DNA of 64,000 nucleotides. Source: an uncultured delta proteobacterium (GTDB lineage Bacteria > Desulfobacterota > BSN033 > UBA1163). Made by a program: the position numbers and the translations under genes. The notes beneath the pieces were generated by a model, which ran no database searches, was not told the DNA's origin, and saw only the letters and a list, made by a program, of their open reading frames with translations. The stretch is from the NCBI GenBank assembly GCA_963708295.1, contig CAVPSJ010000001.1, positions 1 to 64,000 on the forward strand, read 5' to 3'. Shown here in pieces: positions 49,176 through 59,068 of the stretch. Each line of letters opens with the position of its first letter. The first letter of the stretch is position 1.

Positions 49176-51308
49176 ATGCACGCTGATTTCGGCTACATGG
49201 AAGAAGGCAAACTGGGGAAGCCCTACGACCTGAAGCTGATGGCCAGGCTGGGGGGATTTCTAAGGCCTTATTGGAAATTGATGGCTCTTTCCCTCCTTTT
49301 CGTTTTGATGATGGCGGGTTTAGACCTCATCATTCCCTATCTCACGAAAGAAGCGATCGATCGATACATCGTCGTGGCGGCGAGGGAAGTCGTCTTGAAA
49401 GGAGATAGCTCGGAGGAGGAGCGTCGCTTCTGGGATCAGTATGGTCAGAAGTTCATTCCAGAAAAAGAAAAAGGGAAATTTCTTCTCCCGCCAGAAGCAT
49501 TGCGATCCATGGACAGAAAAGAGATAACTCTTTTCCAGAAATATGGCCTTCTCACGGAAAATCGATACTACCTGTTCATCCCCCAAGGACCGGAACAGGA
49601 AGATCTCTTAAAAAGACACCCCTCTCTTTTCGAGAACAGCGGTTCCCACTGGTTCATTTCTTTCGACCGGATGAGAGAGTTGAGTCGAGAGGAGCTTCTT
49701 GTCCTCAGAGGGAGAGACGTGGAAGGTGTGTTCCATATTGCCCTCTTCGTGGTATTCATCCTCATCATGAATTTTGTAATGAGTTTCGCCCAGGTCTACG
49801 CGATGGAGTTCGCAGGTCAAAGAATGATGCATGATCTCAGGATGAGGGTTTTTTCCCATCTCCAGGGCCTCCCGATCGCTTTTTTCGATAGAAATCCGGT
49901 AGGAAGATTGGTGACCCGGTTGACGAATGACATCCAGAACGTCCATGAGATGTTTACTTCTGTCCTCATTAATCTTTTGAAAGATGTCCTACTGGTATTC
50001 GGGATCATCTTCCTTCTGCTTCACCTCAACCGGCAGCTCGCGCTGGTCTCGTTTTCTGTCATTCCGCTGATCTTTGTCACCGCGGTCTTCTTCAGCCGTC
50101 GTGCCAGAGATGTGTTTCGAGAGATCCGTTTGAGGATTGCCCAAATGAATTCTTTCTTCAATGAAAATTTCTCGGGCATCGGAGTGGTTCAGCTCTTTCG
50201 AAGGGAGAAAGAGAACAGCCGGCGATTCGAGCAGGTCAACGATAAGTATTACTCGGCAAACATGAAACAGATCTCCATTTATGCCTTCTTTGTCCCTCTG
50301 GTCGAAATCCTGAGCTCTGGAACGATCGGCCTTCTTTTATGGTACGGAGGGGGAAAGGTGATTCAAGAGGTCATGTCGCTTGGAGTCTTGGTCGCGTTCC
50401 TTTCCTATATACGGATGTTCTTTCAGCCTATCCGGGACCTTTCCGAAAAATATAATATCCTGCAATCGGCGATGGCCTCCCTCGAGAGGATCTTCTCATT
50501 ACTCGACGAAAAACAGAAGATTTTGAAGTCGGTGCGATTCGAGACCGGATCTTTTCCGCCCGGAAAAGAAGAGATTAAGGGGAACGTTGAATTTCGGCAT
50601 GTCTCCTTCTCCTATAATGGGAAGGATAGGGTCCTCAAGGATGTTTCTTTCTCAGTGGGTGAGGGCGAAACCGTGGCGATTGTCGGCGCCACGGGAGCTG
50701 GGAAAACCTCGCTACTTCACTTACTCGAGCGATTTTACGAAGTTGAAAACGGGAGCATCCTGGTCGACGGGATTGATATCCGAGAGAGGGATATCACCCG
50801 GCTCCGGTCGCAGATCGGGCTGGTGATGCAAGACACCTTTCTCTTTGCGGGGGATATCGGGGAGAATATTCGATTGGGAGATGGGAAGATCGACGAAAGA
50901 AAGGTGAGGGAGGTGTCGCGGGTGGTTAACGCGGAAAAGTTTATCCTGCGGCTCCCCGAGGGATTCGGCACAAAGACAGGGGAAGGGGGGCAGGCGCTAT
51001 CTGCGGGGGAGAAGCAGTTATTGGCCTTTGCAAGGGCTTTATCCATCAATCCGAAGATCCTGGTTCTCGACGAGGCGACCTCGCACGTCGATCCTGAAAC
51101 GGAACGGTTTATCCAAGAAGGACTGGCGCGATTACTCAAAGGAAGAACGGCGATTGTCATTGCTCACCGGTTGTCCACGATCCAGCATGCCGATCGGATC
51201 GTTGTGCTCCATAAAGGGAGGGTTCGGGAAATCGGTACCCATACAGAATTAATGGCCCAGAATGGCATTTATTTCAGGCTTTATCAACTTCAATACGGCT
51301 CGCCATGA
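49176..51308 (+). CDS. ABC exporter, permease/ATP-binding subunit (MdlB/YheH-like)
   Basis: GATGAGKT, LSAGEKQL, LDEATS, AHRLST; large loop between TM1 and TM2. Confidence 0.93.
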   Translation: MHADFGYMEEGKLGKPYDLKLMARLGGFLRPYWKLMALSLLFVLMMAGLDLIIPYLTKEAIDRYIVVAAREVVLKGDSSEEERRFWDQYGQKFIPEKEKGKFLLPPEALRSMDRKEITLFQKYGLLTENRYYLFIPQGPEQEDLLKRHPSLFENSGSHWFISFDRMRELSREELLVLRGRDVEGVFHIALFVVFILIMNFVMSFAQVYAMEFAGQRMMHDLRMRVFSHLQGLPIAFFDRNPVGRLVTRLTNDIQNVHEMFTSVLINLLKDVLLVFGIIFLLLHLNRQLALVSFSVIPLIFVTAVFFSRRARDVFREIRLRIAQMNSFFNENFSGIGVVQLFRREKENSRRFEQVNDKYYSANMKQISIYAFFVPLVEILSSGTIGLLLWYGGGKVIQEVMSLGVLVAFLSYIRMFFQPIRDLSEKYNILQSAMASLERIFSLLDEKQKILKSVRFETGSFPPGKEEIKGNVEFRHVSFSYNGKDRVLKDVSFSVGEGETVAIVGATGAGKTSLLHLLERFYEVENGSILVDGIDIRERDITRLRSQIGLVMQDTFLFAGDIGENIRLGDGKIDERKVREVSRVVNAEKFILRLPEGFGTKTGEGGQALSAGEKQLLAFARALSINPKILVLDEATSHVDPETERFIQEGLARLLKGRTAIVIAHRLSTIQHADRIVVLHKGRVREIGTHTELMAQNGIYFRLYQLQYGSP

Positions 51309-51450
51309 GTCCGGTGCGGAGTTCGAAGGAGTTCTATCGAAGTTTCCGATGGTCGGACGAATCACTCCGAACTTATCAATCTTAATCGAAAATCAGGATT
51401 GTTGAGGGTTGACAAAAGGGGATCGCTGTCCTATATAGGAAAGAGGTTCT

Positions 51451-51666
51451 ATGGAAGAGCAGGATGATCATTCTGACCCAATCGATCAAAAAGAGGAAAA
51501 GAAACGGGAGATCGACCTCAATAACCTATTTCCTGAAAAGGGCTATGATTTAAATCACCTTTTCCCGGATGAAGGAACCAAGAAACTCCTTTACGAATTA
51601 AGGCGGAACAAGCGAGATATTGAGCGTTTTATAATGAGTCTTCATGTGGAGGAAGAACAGAAATGA
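51451..51666 (+). CDS. Hypothetical protein
   Basis: TTGACA-17-TATATA promoter and RBS upstream; internal repeat DLNNLFPE/DLNHLFPD; overlaps the next gene. Confidence 0.6.
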   Translation: MEEQDDHSDPIDQKEEKKREIDLNNLFPEKGYDLNHLFPDEGTKKLLYELRRNKRDIERFIMSLHVEEEQK

Positions 51667-51899
51667 AGTGCCCTCATTGTGGTGAAACATTGGCTTCCGT
51701 TGTTTGCCCGGAGTGCGGGGGAGAGACGCTTGAAGGAAGCCTTTACTGCTGTCGTTGTGGAAAGCCCACAAAGATCGAAAAGGCGGAGATTGATGTCTCC
51801 GAGCGTGTCCCCTGTCGTGATGGGAACTGCGTTGGCACTATCAATGAAAAGGGGATTTGCAATATCTGTGGGAACCCGCTTATTGGAAACGCGGGTTGA
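51663..51899 (+). CDS. Small zinc-ribbon protein
   Basis: CPHC, CPEC, CCRC, C.DGNC.G..CNICG. Confidence 0.75.
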   Translation: MKCPHCGETLASVVCPECGGETLEGSLYCCRCGKPTKIEKAEIDVSERVPCRDGNCVGTINEKGICNICGNPLIGNAG

Positions 51900-51975
51900 G
51901 AGGGTTATTCCCCCTTTTTCTAAAGGAGGCTGATCTTGGCATCTTTCTTGTATGTTACTTTGCACATAATTTTTA

Positions 51976-52030
51976 CTTGAAAGAACAGATTTTTGACCCT
52001 ATTGACAACTGGAACAACGATGATTAGCTT
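51976..52030 (+). promoter_or_regulatory. Tandem sigma-32-like and sigma-70 promoters of lon
   Basis: CTTGAAA-14-CCCTAT followed by TTGACA-17-TAGCTT. Confidence 0.55.
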
Positions 52031-52069
52031 AGTAGGAAGGTAAGTGATTAATTTTAAAGGAGGACCAGG

Positions 52070-54484
52070 ATGATATTTTTGCCGAGAGGGGGAGCCGACC
52101 GAGACGAGAAGGCAAAGGACGACAGGGTTATTGTCCCCGATGAACTCCCGATTCTCCCGCTGAGAGGGACCGTGCTTTATCCTGACTTAATATTGCCCAT
52201 CATGGTGGGCAGAAAGAAGTCAGTGAAATTGATCGATGATGCGATGGATTCCGACCGTATTATCGGAGTGATCACCCAGAAAAGGTCTGAAATTGAAGAT
52301 CCGAAAGAGACCGATCTTTATTCAGTGGGCGTTGCTGCGCTGATTTTAAGGATGATCCGGGAACTGGATGGAAGCCAACGAGTCATTGTCCAAGGGGTCT
52401 CGAGAATCAAGATAAAAGAATACATCCAGCGGGAACCCTACTTCAGGGCAAGGAGTGAAGTGATCGATGACGGGTCCGTAACAGGAGTGGAAATCGATGC
52501 CCTTATCATGAATTTGAAGAACCTTTTTCAAAGGGCTGTTGAGTTGGCTCCGTACCTGACGAGTGAGTTGGGAACGATGGTTTCTAATATCAAGTCTCCC
52601 TCCATTCTTGCTGATTTGATCGCCTCGAACCTTAATATTTCGACGACTGAGAAGCAGGGAATCTTGGAGACATTTGACGTCCGAGAACGGTTGACGAAAG
52701 TCCATCTCTTCCTCAACAAAGAAGTTCAGGTCCTGGAACTGGGGAACAAGATCCAATCGCAGGTCAAGGAGGATATGGATCGAACCCAGAGAGAATATTA
52801 TCTCCGGGAGCAATTGAAGGCGATTAAGAAAGAGCTGGGAGAGCTGGATGAACATTCAACGGAGATTAAGGAGCTTAAAGAGAAGATCAAAAAGGCCAAG
52901 ATGCCTCCCGAAGCCTTGACGGCTGCAGAAAAAGAGCTAGATCGCCTGGCCAAGATCCCCCCTGCCTCGGCCGAGTATACCGTCGCCAGAACCTATCTCG
53001 ATTGGTTGGCGGAACTCCCTTGGTCCGAAACCACAGAGGACAACCTGGATATCGACAATGCCCAGAAGACCCTGGATGAAGACCATTATGATTTGGAAAA
53101 GGTAAAAAAACGGATTTTGGAATACCTGGCAGTCAGGAAATTGAAGGCGGATATGAAAGGGCCGATCCTCTGTTTCGTCGGGCCTCCAGGGGTGGGGAAG
53201 ACCTCACTTGGAAAGTCGATCGCTCGAACAATGGGCCGTAAATTCATAAGAATCTCCCTGGGTGGCGTCCGGGATGAAGCCGAAATCCGAGGGCATCGGA
53301 GGACCTATGTGGGTGCGCTGCCTGGCCGGATCATTCAAGGGATCAAAAAAGCTGGATCAAATAACCCGATCTTCATGCTGGACGAAGTGGATAAAATCGG
53401 AATGGACTTTCGCGGAGACCCCTCCTCTGCACTGCTGGAGGTATTGGATCCGGAACAGAACTTTTCCTTCTCCGATCACTATATCGATGTTAATTTCGAT
53501 CTCTCGAAGGTAATGTTCATCACCACCGCGAATGTGCTCGATACCATCCCTCCTCCCCTCAGGGACCGGATGGAAACCCTCGAGCTTCCGGGCTATAGCG
53601 AAGATCAGAAGATGATGATTGCTAAACAGTTTTTAATTCCCAAGCAGATCGGCGAGCACGGCTTGAGTTCAGAGTACATCGAATTTCAGGATGCGGCACT
53701 TCAGGTGATCATCAGTTCCTACACCCGGGAGGCAGGGGTCAGAAACTTGGAGAGGGAGGTCGCAGCCATCTGTCGTGGGGTGGCCAAGGATGTGGCACGA
53801 GAGATAAAAGAGAAGGTGATCATCGGTCCGGACAACTTGCATAAATTCTTGGGACCGGTCAAATTCTTCCTGGAAGTGGCAGAACGGACCTCTAATCCAG
53901 GTGTGGCGACGGGTCTGGCCTGGACGCCTACTGGAGGGGACATCATTTTTGTGGAAGCGACGAAGATGAGGGGAGAGAAAGGGCTGACCTTGACAGGGCA
54001 ATTGGGAGATGTGATGAAGGAATCCGCCCAGGCCGCTTTAGCCTATGTTCGATCCAAATCGAAAGAACTCGGTATCGAGGAGGATTTTTTTGAAAAGAAT
54101 GATATCCACATCCATGTGCCAGCGGGGGCCATCCCAAAGGATGGGCCTTCAGCTGGGGTGACGATGTTTGTGGCGCTGACCTCCCTTTTGACCGACAAGC
54201 CTGTTCGCAGCGACGTCGCCATGACGGGAGAGATCACGTTGAGGGGCTTGGTCCTTCCTGTGGGGGGGATCAAAGAGAAGGTATTGGCGGGAATGCGGGC
54301 CGGGATTAAGACGATCATCCTTCCGAAAAAGAACGAGAAAGACTTGGAGGAGATTCCCGAGCATATTCGAAATCAGATGAATTTTAAATATATTCAGCGG
54401 ATGGATGAGGCCATTGAACTGGCGCTGAAACACACGGAGCCGCGAAGCACAGAGCGAGAAATCGTCAGCCCTCCAGTTAGTTAA
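52070..54484 (+). CDS. lon: ATP-dependent Lon protease
   Basis: LPILPLR, GPPGVGKTS, RGHRRTY, PKDGPSAG, GGIKEK. Confidence 0.97.
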   Translation: MIFLPRGGADRDEKAKDDRVIVPDELPILPLRGTVLYPDLILPIMVGRKKSVKLIDDAMDSDRIIGVITQKRSEIEDPKETDLYSVGVAALILRMIRELDGSQRVIVQGVSRIKIKEYIQREPYFRARSEVIDDGSVTGVEIDALIMNLKNLFQRAVELAPYLTSELGTMVSNIKSPSILADLIASNLNISTTEKQGILETFDVRERLTKVHLFLNKEVQVLELGNKIQSQVKEDMDRTQREYYLREQLKAIKKELGELDEHSTEIKELKEKIKKAKMPPEALTAAEKELDRLAKIPPASAEYTVARTYLDWLAELPWSETTEDNLDIDNAQKTLDEDHYDLEKVKKRILEYLAVRKLKADMKGPILCFVGPPGVGKTSLGKSIARTMGRKFIRISLGGVRDEAEIRGHRRTYVGALPGRIIQGIKKAGSNNPIFMLDEVDKIGMDFRGDPSSALLEVLDPEQNFSFSDHYIDVNFDLSKVMFITTANVLDTIPPPLRDRMETLELPGYSEDQKMMIAKQFLIPKQIGEHGLSSEYIEFQDAALQVIISSYTREAGVRNLEREVAAICRGVAKDVAREIKEKVIIGPDNLHKFLGPVKFFLEVAERTSNPGVATGLAWTPTGGDIIFVEATKMRGEKGLTLTGQLGDVMKESAQAALAYVRSKSKELGIEEDFFEKNDIHIHVPAGAIPKDGPSAGVTMFVALTSLLTDKPVRSDVAMTGEITLRGLVLPVGGIKEKVLAGMRAGIKTIILPKKNEKDLEEIPEHIRNQMNFKYIQRMDEAIELALKHTEPRSTEREIVSPPVS

Positions 54485-54492
54485 GACCCTAA

Positions 54493-54782
54493 CAGGCTAC
54501 TGAAAAACGTCCATCCGTCCCGCGCTTGGCGGGATTTCCGTCGTCATTGTGGCGTACCCTCAAGTATGCCTCTGGCCGACTCACCAACTCGTCGGCGTGC
54601 CTGCACGCCGTAGTGCTTGCTTTCGACTCTTTGCGGGTTACCGCCTTGAGTGGAGAATTTGGGTCACCTCATAAGCGCAGATGTTTCGGCACGCAGGCGT
54701 GGCAAGAAGTCACTCCTTATTCGTTGTGACGCTACTCTCGGGATTTCGGGGGCCTTGTATCTGGGCATTTTTGAGCAGCCTG
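54493..54782. mobile_element. MITE-like element with terminal inverted repeats
   Basis: CAGGCTACTGAAAAACGTCCA...TGGGCATTTTTGAGCAGCCTG; about 290 bp, non-coding. Confidence 0.6.
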
Positions 54783-54872
54783 AGAATAGCACCTTTTGCA
54801 GTGATCCGCTAAAATTTTCTTTCCTGCGTTTACCCTTTGCCCGGAACCACGGGTTAGATCTGGGACTGTTTC

Positions 54873-56099
54873 GTGGATTATCCAAAACTCAGAAACATAA
54901 ATATTTTTCCAGTCCAGAGTTCTGGAGAAACCCTGCTCTGCCTCCAGGACCCACAAGACATCAGTGAGAAACCCCTTTTTTTGTCACCCCCTGTCTATTT
55001 CATTATCTCCCTTTTTGACGGTCAGCATTCGATCCTGGATATTCAGGCGGAATATATGAGGAAGTTTGGAGAATTCCTGTATACAGAAAAATTACAGGAG
55101 ATCATCCTTCAATTAGATGTTGCCCTTTTTCTTGAAGGGGAACGGTACCAAGAGGCGTTCAGGCAGAAAGAGGAGGATTTTAAAAAGCTCTCGTTCAGAA
55201 GAGCGGTTTTTGCCGGGAAAAGCTATGAAGCGGACCCCGGCAGATTGAGAAGTCAACTTGAAGGGTATTTTACGATCGCAGGCGGCCCCGGATCTCTTGG
55301 AGACAAAAGAATTGAAAATGGCTTAAAGGGAGTGATCGTTCCCCACATTGATTTTCAACGGGGAGGGTCCTGTTATGCCTTCGGTCACCGAGAGATATGG
55401 GAAGGAAGTTCTGCCGACTGTTTCGTCATCTTTGGAACAGCTCACGCTCCGATGGACAATCCCTTCTGCCTGACCCGAAAAGATTTTGCCACCCCCCTCG
55501 GCACGTTAGCCGTGGATAGGGAATTGGTAGAAGCCATCCAATCCCGCTGTCCGGATAACCTCTTTCAAGAGGAGGGAGTGCAACGGAGCGAGCATTCCGT
55601 TGAATTTCAGTGTGTCTTTCTGCGATATCTCTACCCGGAGCCCAATCCTTTGACCATTGTCCCCATTCTGAGCGGATCATTTCACGAAGCGATCGAAAAA
55701 AGGGTCTCGCCGATGGAACTCAAGCCGATCCGCCAGTTCATCGACGCGCTCGGAGAGGCTGTTTCATCTGTTGGAAGAGAAGTTTGTTATATTGCCAGCG
55801 CAGATCTTGCTCACATGGGCCTCCAATTCGGGGATCTTGAAGGCATCCGCGAGCATGACCTCGGGGTCATCTCTCGAGAAGACGATGAGATGTTGGAGTA
55901 CGCGAAGAAGATGGACGGCGAGGGATTCTTTTCATCGATCGCGAGGGAGAAAGATCGGAGGAATGTCTGCGGTCTTCCGGCGATCTATTCCATGCTCAAG
56001 ACCCTCCAGGCGGGAGAGGGCACACTTCTTAAATATGGCCAGGCTTTTACTCCGGAGATGGAATCCGTCGTCACTTTTGCCAGTCTTGGCTTTTACTGA
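54873..56099 (+). CDS. amrB: AmmeMemoRadiSam system protein B (MEMO1 family), long form
   Basis: R.A.FAG.SY, PHID, GTAH, EHSVEFQ, SADLAH, NVCG. Confidence 0.88.
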   Translation: MDYPKLRNINIFPVQSSGETLLCLQDPQDISEKPLFLSPPVYFIISLFDGQHSILDIQAEYMRKFGEFLYTEKLQEIILQLDVALFLEGERYQEAFRQKEEDFKKLSFRRAVFAGKSYEADPGRLRSQLEGYFTIAGGPGSLGDKRIENGLKGVIVPHIDFQRGGSCYAFGHREIWEGSSADCFVIFGTAHAPMDNPFCLTRKDFATPLGTLAVDRELVEAIQSRCPDNLFQEEGVQRSEHSVEFQCVFLRYLYPEPNPLTIVPILSGSFHEAIEKRVSPMELKPIRQFIDALGEAVSSVGREVCYIASADLAHMGLQFGDLEGIREHDLGVISREDDEMLEYAKKMDGEGFFSSIAREKDRRNVCGLPAIYSMLKTLQAGEGTLLKYGQAFTPEMESVVTFASLGFY

Positions 56100-56105
56100 A
56101 AAGGA

Positions 56106-56179
56106 AGGAGTTCGGAGTGATTCGTTCGGAGTGTTTGTTGGGATTTTACTCCGAACTCCCAACCCTTAACTCCGAACTT
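56106..56179. repeat. Heptamer inverted repeat (GGAGTTC/ACTCCGA); related copy at ~51307-51372
   Basis: GGAGTTCGGAGT...ACTCCGAACTCCCAACCCTTAACTCCGAACT. Confidence 0.65.
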
Positions 56180-56185
56180 CTTAAA

Positions 56186-56425
56186 TCAGGAGGGTTTCTG
56201 CTTCATTCTATCGATGGAAGGGTAGTATTCCGAAAGTTTTTTCTCTACTTCTAAAGGAAGTTCTACTTGAAGGTTAAGGATCTTTTCTCTGAGCAAGGCC
56301 AGGGCCCCCAATTTTTCACTGACTTCTTTCGGCGTCACGCGACTTAATCTTCTTGATACCTCTTTCACCTCCTCGTTGAGGAACTCGACCAGTTTCAGGA
56401 TCTCCGCAATCTTTTTTTGGGACAT
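56186..56425 (-). CDS. Hypothetical helical protein
   Basis: RBS GGAGGG; 79 aa. Confidence 0.65.
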   Translation of the reverse strand: MSQKKIAEILKLVEFLNEEVKEVSRRLSRVTPKEVSEKLGALALLREKILNLQVELPLEVEKKLSEYYPSIDRMKQKPS

Positions 56426-56506
56426 TTGAATTTCCCTCCCCGTAATTCCATCACCATACCTGATTTAAACCGAGAATTCAAGGATTTTGATCTGCTTTTG
56501 ATCTGC

Positions 56507-57196
56507 TTAGTCGTTCAGCACTTCTTCCTTCGCAAAGTCGGAGAGACTCCGGTCGTTCCCTTCCTTGAGCAACCTTATCCAGTTCCTCACCCGATCCATC
56601 CCGTAAGCTTTTTCCCACGCAGCGACGATCTGCTCCACAGGAATATCCGCATACACACCATGAAAATGGATATATTCCATAAACCTTTGATTTTGGAAAT
56701 TATAGGCCTGGAAAAGAGAATCTTCGCGGCCGTTAAATTCAAGGGGCGGGACATGGTGCCTTCTGCAAAGCTCTAGGTTGAAAGCAGGTGTGGCCTTTAC
56801 CCATTTCCCCTCGAGATGACACTCCACAAAACCATGGTAGACAAAGAGGTCACTTCCCATGAACTTGATGAGTTGCTTTGTAGCAAGATGATTCCGGACA
56901 TCGGCAAAACCGATGCGGGCGGGAATGCCGCAGCATCTTGCCAGGGCACAGAGAAGAGAGGCTTTGGGCACGCAAAAACTTCTTCCCCGCTGGAGCACAT
57001 TGCTTGCGCGGTAGTGTTCAGGGAGATGAAAAGGAGAATAAGGGTCGTAGAGGATCCTGTCGCGTACGGCATCATAGAGCCTGACGGCGATCTCGATCGG
57101 CTCTGTCCTCCCCTGAACGATGGCGCTCGCATAATCTCTGATGCTCGGATGATCGCTATCGATGATCGATGTTGAAGTGAGATAATCTTTTTCCAT
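56507..57196 (-). CDS. Transglutaminase-like domain protein
   Basis: FCVPKA..LAR..GIPAR, HG, WVKATP. Confidence 0.88.
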   Translation of the reverse strand: MEKDYLTSTSIIDSDHPSIRDYASAIVQGRTEPIEIAVRLYDAVRDRILYDPYSPFHLPEHYRASNVLQRGRSFCVPKASLLCALARCCGIPARIGFADVRNHLATKQLIKFMGSDLFVYHGFVECHLEGKWVKATPAFNLELCRRHHVPPLEFNGREDSLFQAYNFQNQRFMEYIHFHGVYADIPVEQIVAAWEKAYGMDRVRNWIRLLKEGNDRSLSDFAKEEVLND

Positions 57197-57297
57197 GTTC
57201 TTGTTCCCGGGCTCCCTTTACCCGAGAAACGTGAAGGGGGCAAGCCGCCTTCACGTTTGCTTCGGTGAATAAGAATTTACTAAATTGAAGCGGAAGA

Positions 57298-57399
57298 GTC
57301 AACCCTTCGACGCCCCGCATAAATGCAGGGGTTTGACTCTGAGCGGCGGTTTCCGCCCTCGCCCTGAAGGGCACGGCTTCGCGCCGTCGAATGGGTCAA
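57298..57399. repeat. Composite palindromic element with IS200/IS605-like hairpins
   Basis: ACCCTTCGAC...GTCGAATGGGT arms enclosing CCCCGCAT-AA-ATGCAGGGG and GCCCT-GA-AGGGC. Confidence 0.55.
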
Positions 57400-57498
57400 T
57401 AAAATCGCTCAGAGGAATAACGATCTATGGTTGAGATTCTAAATGAGATATGGTATGAAAATAAATTGTTGCCAACTCTTGGACGATCGGGGTTGAAG

Positions 57499-57903
57499 AT
57501 GGTGCAAACTTTTCAAGTGCGAACCTCGGCTCAGACCGAATTTATTGACATCACCCGTTCCGTCCGAGAGGCTGCAAAAAAAACGGGGGTGGAAAATGGA
57601 ATTTGCATCGTCTTCATCCCCCACACCACCGCTGCTGTGACGATCAACGAAAATGCGGATCCAAGCGTCGTCCAAGATATAGTCATGGCATTCAACAAGA
57701 TCGTTCCCTTTAAGGATTCCTATCGCCATACGGAAGGGAATTCTCCAGCTCATATCAAGGCCAGTCTGGTGGGATGTTCCCAAAGCGTCTTTGTTGAGTC
57801 GGGGGAGTTAGTCCTCGGAACCTGGCAGGGGATCTTTTTTTGTGAATTTGATGGGCCAAGGAATCGGAAAGTCCACGTGAAAGTGATTTCTGAGGGTCAA
57901 TGA
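57499..57903 (+). CDS. yjbQ: YjbQ (UPF0047) family protein
   Basis: PHTTAAVTINENADP, H.EGNS.AHIK, LGTWQGIFFCEFDGPR. Confidence 0.92.
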   Translation: MVQTFQVRTSAQTEFIDITRSVREAAKKTGVENGICIVFIPHTTAAVTINENADPSVVQDIVMAFNKIVPFKDSYRHTEGNSPAHIKASLVGCSQSVFVESGELVLGTWQGIFFCEFDGPRNRKVHVKVISEGQ

Positions 57904-57969
57904 AGTTTGCTCCTTCCTGGAAGCGTTGCCCTCGAGCAGGTCACCGGGGTCTTCATTTCGTGACAGACG

Positions 57970-58746
57970 ATGGATCTGACTATTGAAGAGCTCGTCGATA
58001 GAGCGGGTGAGATTATTGAAAAAGAACCACGTCTGATCCTGCTCCCTTCTGAAGGGAAAGTCGTCTTTGTCGGAGATACCCATGGAGATCTGGAGGCCAG
58101 CCAGGAGGTGATTCGGCAATACCTCAGAAGATCTTATCGCATTGTCTTCTTGGGAGACTATGTGGATCGGGGGGCTGATTCAGAAGAGAATATCCAATAC
58201 CTTCTGGGGCTGAAGTTGGAACATCCCGAAGAGATCTTTCTTCTGGCCGGGAATCATGAGGGGTTTATGGTGAAACAGTTTGACCCTTCCAGTTTCTGGA
58301 GTTCCATCTCATTTGAAGAGAGGGAACGGTATGGTTTCTTATTCTCCAAATTCCCTTTAGCCGCCACGACTCAGAATGGAATCTTAGCCGTCCATGGGGC
58401 ACTGCCAGATTTAAAGTCTCTCGAAGAAATAGGCAGGGTTGGACTGGGAGATGAGAATTGGGACAGGATCGTCTGGGGGGATTTTGCGGAAGAGGAGGTC
58501 GATTTTCTGGGTGATTTATGGGGAAGGCCCCAATTCGGTCGGCCTTATTTCGAGCGAATGATGGAGCGATATCAAAAACAGGTGCTCCTTCGATCCCATC
58601 AACCCCATGCGCGTTTGAGAATGTTTAACAACAGGTGTATCACTATTTTTACCTCTCATGCCTACTTGCCGGTCCGCACCGTTGCCATCGCCGACCTGGA
58701 AAAGGAAATCCGAAGCGCCGATGATATCGTCTTAGAAAGGGTTTAA
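57970..58746 (+). CDS. PPP-family Ser/Thr phosphatase-like metallophosphoesterase
   Basis: GDTHG, LGDYVDRG, GNHE, HG, RSHQ. Confidence 0.9.
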   Translation: MDLTIEELVDRAGEIIEKEPRLILLPSEGKVVFVGDTHGDLEASQEVIRQYLRRSYRIVFLGDYVDRGADSEENIQYLLGLKLEHPEEIFLLAGNHEGFMVKQFDPSSFWSSISFEERERYGFLFSKFPLAATTQNGILAVHGALPDLKSLEEIGRVGLGDENWDRIVWGDFAEEEVDFLGDLWGRPQFGRPYFERMMERYQKQVLLRSHQPHARLRMFNNRCITIFTSHAYLPVRTVAIADLEKEIRSADDIVLERV

Positions 58747-59055
58747 ATTCGAAGCACCTGCCTTCGCAAGGTTCCGCCTTTACGGGATGAGGCAGGCAAA
58801 ATACGAAACTCAAAATGAAGATGTTAAATCCTAAACTCGAAATCCTAAACTCTAAACAAACTCAAAATGTCTAAAGCACAAAGCTCAGTATCGTATGAAT
58901 TAGAAAGGTCGGACTCCATGGGTGAGAAGTTAGGAATACCTTTTGGGTTTTATGTTTTGGATTTGCTTAGGATTTAGAGTTTAGTGTTTAGAGTTTAAAC
59001 AGCTTCGGATTGGTAGGAAACGGACGCTTCGCCCGATATTCGGATTTCGAGCTTA
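58745..59055. repeat. Composite heptamer-repeat element with nested palindromes
   Basis: AAATTCGAAGCA[CCTGCC..GGCAGG]CAAAATACG; AAATCCTAAACTCG...TTAGGATTTAGAGTTTAG; 22-nt insert at 59012-59033. Confidence 0.75.
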
Positions 59056-59068
59056 GCGAGTGCATGGG

